From a virus, in IMG/VR virus record IMGVR_UViG_3300023082_000002, positions 1 through 64,000 of that record: a stretch of 64,000 bases of DNA; one strand, written 5' to 3'. Under the pieces are notes generated by a model. It was given only the letters and a program-made list of their open reading frames with translations, searched no databases and had not been told where the DNA came from. This document shows positions 56,669 to 64,000 of the stretch, in pieces (positions within the stretch are counted from its first letter, which is position 1; every line of letters begins with the position of its first letter). The translations under genes and the position numbers were made by a program.

Positions 56669-57200
56669 CGTGACCAGACCAGACACACTCGGTGGTGTCG
56701 GGAGTGCAGTGACACTTCGCCTCACACGCAGGGCAGTCGATGAGGTGGCCAGGGTGATGCGGGTAGTCGACGTGCTCGAACTGATCGTGCCCGGGAGCTC
56801 CCTTGTCCGCTTGACCACACGAACATCCCTCGACCTGGCGATCGTTCTCCCACGACTCGTAAGCCTTCTCGAATCGAGCGTAAGCAGCACGCGCTGCTTC
56901 CTCGGCAAGGGTGCCCGTGCCGTAGTAGGTGAACACGAACACGAAGCCAGCCGAGTCGCGCACGTCGATGTACCAACCAGCATCAGGCTTGTTGATCGCT
57001 TCCGTGCGATCCTCGGCGAGGAAGTCATCACTCACGAAGCGGAGGTAGGCGTAGCCGTGCGTGAAGTCGTTCTGGTCGCCGGTCGAATCGACCTCGGTCT
57101 GCTCGCTGTCGTGCCACCTGAACCAGTGATCGTACTTCTGGTTCATCAGGTCGACCTTCTCGCCCTGGGGCAGGCCCATGATGTCGATAAGCGAAGTCAT
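56661..57200 (-). CDS. hypothetical protein with Cys/His-rich C terminus
   Basis: CSCG...H...HH...CPAC..CHC...C; AGGAG RBS. Confidence 0.7.
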   Translation of the reverse strand: MTSLIDIMGLPQGEKVDLMNQKYDHWFRWHDSEQTEVDSTGDQNDFTHGYAYLRFVSDDFLAEDRTEAINKPDAGWYIDVRDSAGFVFVFTYYGTGTLAEEAARAAYARFEKAYESWENDRQVEGCSCGQADKGAPGHDQFEHVDYPHHPGHLIDCPACEAKCHCTPDTTECVWSGHDA

Positions 57201-57258
57201 CTCATTCTCCTAAGTGTGTAGGGTGTTAGTCGAGTCTAGCGTGACTGGGAACGTCTGT

Positions 57259-57438
57259 CTATGGTTTGCGTGAGGGAATGTCGTCGTCACTCCACATGAG
57301 GCAGATGACTAGACACCACACCGAGCCGATCGCGAAGATAGCTCCGACAACTACTGGTGTCCACTCGTATGTGACTGCCAGTATCCAGAACACAAACGAC
57401 ACCGCGAAGATGATGCGCAGGAGAATAATGGTTCTCAT
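57259..57438 (-). CDS. small 2-TM membrane protein
   Basis: Two hydrophobic helices; ATGA coupling. Confidence 0.6.
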   Translation of the reverse strand: MRTIILLRIIFAVSFVFWILAVTYEWTPVVVGAIFAIGSVWCLVICLMWSDDDIPSRKP

Positions 57439-57584
57439 CGGAACTTCATCTCCGAAATGCGCTTGTTGGAAGCGTCGATCTCGCGCTGCATGCGCCTGAT
57501 CTCGGCAATTTTCTCTGCCGTTGTCATCTCGGATGCAGACTTGACTGGGGTAGGCAGTTCTTGGTGGCAGGTGTGACACTTCAT
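57435..57584 (-). CDS. 49-aa hypothetical protein (not in ORF track)
   Basis: MKCHTCHQ...; coupled on both sides. Confidence 0.55.
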   Translation of the reverse strand: MKCHTCHQELPTPVKSASEMTTAEKIAEIRRMQREIDASNKRISEMKFR

Positions 57585-58126
57585 GACTGGTACTCCCAGG
57601 TCTCGTAGAAGTTGGCTGGCATTGCGTTGCGCGTGGACTTGAGGTGACTGTTCACGTACTCGTCGGCGTTAAACTCCTGGTCACGCCACTCGATGCGCTC
57701 GCTAGGGAGGAGGCGCGATGTCGTCCGGTCAAACGAGAGCAGGCGGACTGTGGCACGACGCTGCTCTAGGCGGCGAACAAAGTCCGTTCCACGCTCTACC
57801 TCGGTAATGACTCGCATCACGACATAGACTCGCGTGGCTGTTACGTCTACACGGATCATCTCGTGGCATGCAGCGATTGCGAACGGACGGCCTAGGGACA
57901 CGCGCAGCGACCTACGGAGGGCCAGCTGGGGGTCGAGGTCATCGTCGGCCACCGTGGCGTCCGCGTGGCCGTAGACGTCGCTGAAACGTGCCATGCCACC
58001 CTCGTAGTGCGTCTCGATCATGGCAGCGAGTTGGTCAGTACGCATGGCGTCAATGATCGAGGCGATGTCGGGCATGATGCGGTTGAGCCACCAGCGCATG
58101 TCGGCACGCAGACTCAGTGTACTCAT
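57581..58126 (-). CDS. hypothetical protein
   Basis: ATGA coupling. Confidence 0.6.
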   Translation of the reverse strand: MSTLSLRADMRWWLNRIMPDIASIIDAMRTDQLAAMIETHYEGGMARFSDVYGHADATVADDDLDPQLALRRSLRVSLGRPFAIAACHEMIRVDVTATRVYVVMRVITEVERGTDFVRRLEQRRATVRLLSFDRTTSRLLPSERIEWRDQEFNADEYVNSHLKSTRNAMPANFYETWEYQS

Positions 58127-58320
58127 TCTCCCACCAACGTCTCGAACAGGACCTCGTCGCCGTCAATGAGTTGGATAGTTACGCCCCCGTCGACTGAATC
58201 GGACTGACGATACTTCGCGACAGTCGAGGTGAAGTGCGCCTCGGCGATGTTCCTATAGTCGGCGTGATCAGTTACCTCAAGAATCTCGCTCTCCCAGAAA
58301 ACTCGCACACTCAAACTCAT
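58123..58320 (-). CDS. hypothetical protein
   Basis: ATGA coupling. Confidence 0.55.
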   Translation of the reverse strand: MSLSVRVFWESEILEVTDHADYRNIAEAHFTSTVAKYRQSDSVDGGVTIQLIDGDEVLFETLVGE

Positions 58321-58631
58321 GACGTCCACCCCCAATCAGCGACGTATCCTGGAACGCTGTTGATCGAGATGTGACCGACATCGGTAACTACCCTGATCCA
58401 GTAGTCGAGCGCCCACTCGCCGATACACTCGTCACACATGGTGAACCCGTGCGGCTCCAGGTCGGCTCCCGGTGCCTCGTCGCATGTTCGGACCATCTGC
58501 CAGTCGGTGGTTGAACCGAGATACATCATCTGATCTAGTGTGTACGAGCCGTCCTTGATCAGGACCTCGATGTGCTGGACGGTCGGCTCGTTGACTAGCC
58601 GGGTCACGGCGTCGGACGGAAACTCAGGCAT
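58317..58631 (-). CDS. hypothetical protein
   Basis: GAGAGG RBS; C..H...CDEC. Confidence 0.6.
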   Translation of the reverse strand: MPEFPSDAVTRLVNEPTVQHIEVLIKDGSYTLDQMMYLGSTTDWQMVRTCDEAPGADLEPHGFTMCDECIGEWALDYWIRVVTDVGHISINSVPGYVADWGWTS

Positions 58632-58632
58632 G

Positions 58633-59025
58633 TCAGATCCTCTCGATCGTGACACGGGCGTACGGCTCGCCACCGAGCTCGAACGTCACGGCACCGTCGG
58701 ACTCGGGGGTGACGTGCCACGATCCCGAGTTGTCCTGGATGCGACGCGCAATATCCAGGGCCAGATCGGCTGTGTACTGGGGGACTAGTTGGTGTGCATG
58801 AGCCAGACTCATGGGCTCGGACTGTTCGATAATCTCGCCGTCGATAAACCAGCGCTGGATTGTGTACTGGTCATCGTCGTTGGTCTCGATGATGATGTCA
58901 TCTCGATTGACGCCTCCGAGGGTGCGGATGACTCGACGCACGACGTCCTCGGTCACGACAAACTCGGTGCGGGGTCCGGCGAACCCATCGCGCTCGATGG
59001 TAATTCGATTGTCAGTCATTGTCAT
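58633..59025 (-). CDS. hypothetical protein
   Basis: Biased codons. Confidence 0.65.
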   Translation of the reverse strand: MTMTDNRITIERDGFAGPRTEFVVTEDVVRRVIRTLGGVNRDDIIIETNDDDQYTIQRWFIDGEIIEQSEPMSLAHAHQLVPQYTADLALDIARRIQDNSGSWHVTPESDGAVTFELGGEPYARVTIERI

Positions 59026-59443
59026 GTGTCCAATCTAGTAACCAGGCCGAGATGCCTGGCTGGGTCCGTGTGACCCGATATAGATAGTCAATCACGGCTC
59101 GTGCGGGGCTGTCTATAGGTTTCCCTAGCCAATTTTAGAAATGTTGTGATGCGCGTTAGACGAACGAGAACGCGCCCTAACGGACGCACGTAGCGCGATG
59201 GAACTAGGGTGCCGATCAGTCATGTGCGGCCCGTAGCGGGCAACGTGGCGCGGCTGGGGGTGATGGGGGGTCGTGGCGTGGTGCTAGATGGTAGCTGATC
59301 GGGCCACGGTGGGGCGTCGCTGGGATTAGGCGCGTGTGGGCCGTCCGATTGCCCGGACGACATAGAGCGGGGTCGTGCGGGGCGAGGCGACTGGTTGTTG
59401 TTTGTATCACGCAACTAATACAATGGCTGGTACAAACTAGGAG

Positions 59444-59491
59444 CCCAACCAGCCTAGGCTACCCTAACTAGGGCAGCCTAGGCTGGTTGGG
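59444..59491 (-). terminator. perfect 17-bp hairpin after the early wHTH gene
   Basis: CCCAACCAGCCTAGGCT / AGCCTAGGCTGGTTGGG. Confidence 0.7.
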
Positions 59492-59504
59492 TCGTGCGGG
59501 ACTA

Positions 59505-60122
59505 TCAGGCGATGCGGAACGCCGCCGTGCCCTTTCCGCCCTCGCCGTTGCGACCGGCCTCGACGCCGTCGACGACGAATCCCTTCGAGACCATCTTCGC
59601 GTAGACGGCACCGATTGCGCCGGTCGACGGGGCGTCGACCTCACCACGGGCCAGGTCGGACGCGGTGTGCCACCCGGACCCGAGGGCCGCGACACGCTCG
59701 GAGATGAACGTCGGGACGTCGCGCTGTCCGGCGATGCGGACCGACGCCAGGCGGATCGACTCGTCGCGGGTACGGTCGTCCGGCTCGGGCAGGTCGGTCA
59801 GGTCGACATCGGCGGGCGTCCCGGACGGGCGGACGTCGCCGGACTCGAGGGCGTCGGCGGCGCGGCGCAGGGCGTCGATCCGGTTGGACACCAGCTGGCG
59901 CCAGTCGATGACGACCGTCGATCCCGTGGACTTGGTGGACTTGGCCGCGTCGACGGCCTGGGCGTAGACCTTCGCGGTGTCGATGTCGCCGGACATGGCG
60001 GCATCCATTCCGGCCTTCATCCACGAGTCGCGGAGGGTGCGACGCTTCGCGCCCGGCGTCGCCTCGTGCTCGGCGATCAGGTCGGCGATGGTCAGGACGG
60101 GGGTTGCGGTGTTCTTCGACAT
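59505..60122 (-). CDS. early protein, paralog of 53357-54253 (winged-helix-like C domain)
   Basis: HTASDLA...PSTGAIGAVY; same GAGAATCATCATG start context. Confidence 0.7.
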   Translation of the reverse strand: MSKNTATPVLTIADLIAEHEATPGAKRRTLRDSWMKAGMDAAMSGDIDTAKVYAQAVDAAKSTKSTGSTVVIDWRQLVSNRIDALRRAADALESGDVRPSGTPADVDLTDLPEPDDRTRDESIRLASVRIAGQRDVPTFISERVAALGSGWHTASDLARGEVDAPSTGAIGAVYAKMVSKGFVVDGVEAGRNGEGGKGTAAFRIA

Positions 60123-60254
60123 GATGATTCTCGATTCTGCCCGGTGTAGGGCGTAGGTTGCAACTATCCGAGTCGGATGTGTTGCGGTCGGTCCGACTAT
60201 CGGGCCGTGACACGAGCCTAGCAGACTAGGCTCGATCATGGTGCGATAGGTGGG

Positions 60255-60270
60255 TGTGATCTAGGTCACA
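60255..60270. promoter_or_regulatory. CRP/GlxR-type box
   Basis: TGTGA-TCTAGG-TCACA, perfect consensus, intergenic. Confidence 0.65.
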
Positions 60271-60492
60271 CTAATCAATGACGGGACTGAACGTCACATC
60301 GCCGTCCGGGGTCGTGATGACATATGTCACATCACTCAGGTCTGCGTGTGACGTGATGACCCGGACGGGCGTTTCGCACATTTCGCCGTCATCGAACTGA
60401 GCCGCCACGCGCAATTCGTGGATGAATTCAGCATGGTCAACTATCGTGGGCAGGTGCTCGAAAGATGCCGAACGAACGTATTTGGTGAACAC
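60271..60492 (-). CDS. early hypothetical protein
   Basis: AGGAG RBS. Confidence 0.6.
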   Translation of the reverse strand: MFTKYVRSASFEHLPTIVDHAEFIHELRVAAQFDDGEMCETPVRVITSHADLSDVTYVITTPDGDVTFSPVID

Positions 60493-60596
60493 GACGTCTC
60501 CTAGGTGTGTAGGGATGGGACTAACTATGGACTAGGTAGCCTAGGCGAGACTCTACTGGGTAGAGTCCACCTGGGTCAACTAGGCGGGTTGTGGGA

Positions 60597-60770
60597 CTAG
60601 TTACCGAGTCGGTGCCCGTTGGTTGCCCGGTAGTCGTGCATAAATGCGGCCCGGTTGACTTCGGCCATGACTTCATCCGGCGTCATATCCGACGTGTCCG
60701 TCATGGTAGCACGAATCGAGTCGTTATCGGCGTTGAATGCGGCCCATGCGCGATCGTAATCTAGTGCCAT
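60597..60770 (-). CDS. 57-aa early hypothetical protein (not in ORF track)
   Basis: MALDYDRAWAAFNADND...; downstream of a promoter-like element. Confidence 0.55.
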   Translation of the reverse strand: MALDYDRAWAAFNADNDSIRATMTDTSDMTPDEVMAEVNRAAFMHDYRATNGHRLGN

Positions 60771-60819
60771 GATATTGAGTCCGTTCTAGTTTTCTAGGTC
60801 CGTTTGACCCGATGTAGAA

Positions 60820-60847
60820 ACAATAGCACGGTTCTAGTCGTTTGCAC
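60820..60847 (-). promoter_or_regulatory. putative early promoter
   Basis: GTGCAA-16-TATTGT with CTAGAACC in the spacer. Confidence 0.5.
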
Positions 60848-60871
60848 CCATCGAACACCCGATTATTTCGA

Positions 60872-60887
60872 TGTGATCCACGTCACA
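60872..60887. promoter_or_regulatory. CRP/GlxR-type box
   Basis: TGTGA-TCCACG-TCACA, perfect consensus. Confidence 0.65.
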
Positions 60888-61154
60888 TCGGATCGAGTCG
60901 TCGCGTGATTAGACACCCATCGGTCGGCATGTGTCAACCGGTATGGGCAAACCAGTTCTAGATATCTCACGTATCACGATCACACGATGTGATGTCTAGT
61001 CAAATTCAGTAGTCCAGTATGTGGGATTCGCGTCTAACGGACGAACGGCACCGAGTCGATAGGGATAGTCCGTCGTGGTGCTAGTAGGCCGTTAGATCGC
61101 AATTTCGGGCATCCAGGTGTGGGGGTTGTTGTCAATACGTTTGATGGATTGATG

Positions 61155-61198
61155 TTGTCCACAGCTTTATACACAGCTGTGCATAGACATGTGGATAG
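61155..61198. promoter_or_regulatory. cluster of four DnaA-box-like 9-mers
   Basis: TTGTCCACA, TTATACACA (+); CTATGCACA, CTATCCACA (-); 2-3 bp spacing. Confidence 0.65.
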
Positions 61199-61275
61199 AG
61201 ATGGTACATACGTTGGTACATAGCAGTCATAGTGAGACATTGTGTATGTGACATCGTGAGTGTCACATGGATGTA

Positions 61276-61332
61276 GACATGTCGATATGTCGACAAATGG
61301 ATTTAACGACATGTCGATTTGTCGACAATTGG
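61276..61332. repeat. 25-bp direct repeat x2
   Basis: GACATGTCGATATGTCGACAAATGG / GACATGTCGATTTGTCGACAATTGG. Confidence 0.8.
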
Positions 61333-61759
61333 CCTATGTTACACCATCAATGGCTCATACGAGATGTTACATCGTTGATGACACATGCATGGTGTCACAT
61401 GGTCGTTTCTGGTTGTACCAAGCATTGTAGTGCTCGAGACAAATCGCCCAAACCTAGTTGGATGAAAACTCGTTTTGTCAATCGGAATCGCGAATTAGAA
61501 ATTTTTCTATATCACACGTCAAAACCGACTCGTTTGACTGGATATGTGGTATAGGTCCGATAGGTGCCATTATCGGACCGGCATGTCTAGCCGTAATCGA
61601 ACACGTGTTCGATACCCCTACCCCCGAAAAAAATCCGAGCCCCCCCGTCAGTTCGCAGCTACTTCCATCTCCGAGTGCACAGAACTTTTTTACCAGTCTC
61701 ATATGATATTCGGGTCAGATAGTACTGACATGGCACCCATCGGGCGAAAATGTCATCTA

Positions 61760-62305
61760 TGGCAGAAATACACAATAAATAACCATATATTTGACAGTAA
61801 TTAATTCATTGGAATCGTAGGCTTTTCTTACCGTTCTAGCATTTTCAGCCTTTTTTGCCATGACCTTCTGGCCTTCGGCGGAATGGATGCCCTGGACTCT
61901 GCGCTACGCTGGCCGGGTGTGTGTAGCTGACAAGATTCCATCAGATTTTCTGCCATAACATTTCATGTATCCCTGAGCCAGGGTCGATGAACACCCTGTA
62001 GACCCCCCTCTGCCCCCTCTCCCCATGGCAAAAAAGGCAGAAATACAGAAAATACGATTTTCGTTGGAATCACGGCGTTTTAATATTGCCTGAATATTTG
62101 CCTGGCCATGGCGGAAAATAGGCGAACGGTGTGTTTTTCACCAGAGTTGGGTCCACTTCAGATTTTCTGTCAAACATTTGGCAATAATTCCTGACCGTCC
62201 CAAATCGGTGTCGATTTGTCATGGCAGAAAATCTGAAGCGGTACTTGCGGGGTGAATATTGCGTATGTCACAGGGGTTTGGCAGAAAATCTGACAAAAAA
62301 TCTGA
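61760..62305. repeat. iteron-like dispersed repeats TGRCAGAAAATCTGA (candidate origin)
   Basis: Copies at 61941(-), 62158(-), 62222, 62279, 62291 plus partial copies at 61760, 62036, 62109; AT-rich. Confidence 0.75.
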
Positions 62306-62329
62306 TAGAGGTAGAAGTAGTACGGTTTT

Positions 62330-62372
62330 ACACAAAGAAACACCCCGCTCGGCCAAAGAACAGGGTGTTTCT
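62330..62372 (-). terminator. intrinsic terminator
   Basis: AGAAACACCC/GGGTGTTTCT stem with T-rich tail, just downstream of the stop at 62392. Confidence 0.6.
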
Positions 62373-62391
62373 ACCTAGAAGTTGAGCACTT

Positions 62392-62787
62392 TTAAGGGCT
62401 TGTATAGAGCGGCAAACGCTCTGCTGCGGCCACTTCTGCGCGACCAGCTTCGAGCATTTTGGCCCAATTCTCGGCCTCTAGGCGGCGTAGCGCCGCCGCC
62501 CTCTGTTCGAGGATGGTACCGAACCAGACAAGAACTGGCTCACAGCGCGCCCAGTATTCGCTGGCCTGGGCGCCCGTTCTCTCTCGCGCCTTGATGCGAT
62601 GTGCCGCCATGCACAGGGGTCCGCGGCATCCGTCCATGTAAGTCGCCTCGCTACCGTGCTTGCGGCGACCGAAGTCCTCATGCTCGTACTCGGCAATACA
62701 GGCGTTGATCTTCAGCAAGCAATCGTCTACGAATGCGACTTTGTCGTCGTAGAACTCGAACTCGGGTATGAGGTGTAAGGGGATCAT
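62392..62787 (-). CDS. hypothetical protein (HG..ATY..GCR..LC motif)
   Basis: ATGA coupling; Zn-binding-like motif common in actinophages. Confidence 0.65.
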   Translation of the reverse strand: MIPLHLIPEFEFYDDKVAFVDDCLLKINACIAEYEHEDFGRRKHGSEATYMDGCRGPLCMAAHRIKARERTGAQASEYWARCEPVLVWFGTILEQRAAALRRLEAENWAKMLEAGRAEVAAAERLPLYTSP

Positions 62788-64000
62788 GATGCCACCTTTC
62801 GGAAGCGTTTTGCCGGTCGACCGCGTCCCGGCTGCGGGTCTTCAACCTCAAGCATATCCAATGCTACGAGGAAGTCGATCGTCTGCTTCAGCGCTCCCGG
62901 TGCTGGATTCTTGCCCCGCAGGTAGCGGCTCAACTCTGACGATGTGGCTCCGCGTCCGGTCTTTGCAAGGTGCTTTTCGGCGTAGTGCATAACGTCATCT
63001 GCAAGCTCGTGCTGTGCAGTGACCCCGATACTGGCGGAAACAAGGCCGTAGCAGTAAACAAGATAGTCCACGATCGGCATAGCACGCTCATGGACTTCCA
63101 AGTCGATCTTCGTTTTCTTCTGATTGATCGCAATGAGCAGCATAACTTTCTTGTAGATAAGGTTGAGACGTTGCAACATCTCAGTGTCATCCTTGTCCAT
63201 CATGGGCTCGATCTTGGTCTTGAAGAAGCTGTAGATCGTCGGCATAGCGGCGTCGTCAATCATGAGAAGACGCTTGGTGTTGCCACCCCAGCCTTTGATC
63301 TTCAGCAGCTCGTCCTTGGCTCGAGCCATGTCGACCTTGACCTCGCTGTGGTCTCCGCCGAAGACTTCACGCTCCTTGCGCGGTCCGCCCGCGAAGACCC
63401 AGCGATTCAGGAAGCCGTTGACCTGATCGTTCTTGCTCAGGATCGCACGAAGTGCTCGCGGCTGCGTAGATGCCGTGATAGAGCAGAAGGGTTCGAAGGC
63501 GAGTTGATCGCCGTTGGTCTTCGAGCCCGTCGTGATCTCTGGATGACAGTCAGCAAACTTCATGATTGTCTGCTGAAGTGTTGATCCGATGTTCTTCGAC
63601 TTCGAGATCATACCCGAGAACTCGTCCCAGTCCACTATTCCGTTGACCGGAGCAAACTGTCCATTCGGCTTTCCGGTGATCGGATCGCGCTGATGGTACT
63701 CGAACTGCCCGATCAGGTGCTCGCCAGAACCTGGAATCGTGAGCGCTTTAACTCCCACGGTGCGATCCGGCTCGGCTTTAAAAGGGACTACCTCACGCAG
63801 AAGCGTGTCCAGATAACGACGTGACTTCGACTTGCCGAATCCCGTACCACCCAGCAAGCACAGCATGAGGTTGGCGTTCACGGGAGGTCCGTCGTTAATC
63901 TGTACGTTCTTGCCGACCGTGTGTCCCAGTGCCAGCATAGCATGCCAGAAGTGGTATTCTTCCGGGCTGTCATCGCGCGATGTCGCTACCATGTACTCGT
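62784..64000 (-). CDS. primase/helicase C-terminal part (DUF3987-like P-loop + wHTH), 5'-truncated
   Basis: GGTGFGKS, SGEHLI, WDEF, GFLNRW; frame runs off the window. Confidence 0.8.
   Translation of the reverse strand, partial: EYMVATSRDDSPEEYHFWHAMLALGHTVGKNVQINDGPPVNANLMLCLLGGTGFGKSKSRRYLDTLLREVVPFKAEPDRTVGVKALTIPGSGEHLIGQFEYHQRDPITGKPNGQFAPVNGIVDWDEFSGMISKSKNIGSTLQQTIMKFADCHPEITTGSKTNGDQLAFEPFCSITASTQPRALRAILSKNDQVNGFLNRWVFAGGPRKEREVFGGDHSEVKVDMARAKDELLKIKGWGGNTKRLLMIDDAAMPTIYSFFKTKIEPMMDKDDTEMLQRLNLIYKKVMLLIAINQKKTKIDLEVHERAMPIVDYLVYCYGLVSASIGVTAQHELADDVMHYAEKHLAKTGRGATSSELSRYLRGKNPAPGALKQTIDFLVALDMLEVEDPQPGRGRPAKRFRKVAS

Noticed and set aside
61034-61804. Short ORFs listed in the control region
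   Set aside because: Low-complexity or AT-rich sequence, no codon bias or RBS

Overview
The window is most of the genome of a siphovirus-type (long-tailed) actinobacteriophage. The + strand arm (1-22216) carries the capsid, connector and tail genes, including a GGGGGAA -1 frameshifting chaperone and a 2046-aa tape measure with an M23 domain, and ends in a lysis cassette. A bidirectional terminator follows. The long - strand arm (22274-60770) encodes a RecB/Cas4-like nuclease, WhiB, a DNA methylase, RusA, SLOG and DUF4406 proteins, a beta clamp, oligoribonuclease, a MazG-like protein, an SNF2 helicase, an SSB-like protein, a tyrosine recombinase, a MoxR AAA+/vWA pair, an LPXTG surface protein and many small early genes. 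A roughly 1.6-kb non-coding control region (60770-62390) holds a CRP box (a second lies at 60255), a DnaA-box cluster and iterons. The window ends in the 3' part of a primase/helicase-like gene. Terminase, portal, DNA polymerase, repressor, lysin B, tRNAs and CRISPR arrays were not seen. The most notable candidates are: (1) an Sm/SH3-like protein gene followed directly by a ~360-nt highly structured RNA, with a second such RNA elsewhere; (2) an endolysin fused to an endonuclease/exonuclease/phosphatase domain; (3) a phage-encoded sortase substrate; (4) host DnaA and CRP sites together with a family of three paralogous winged-helix proteins and a promoter-embedded operator. All family assignments come from recognising motifs by eye; no database searches were run.
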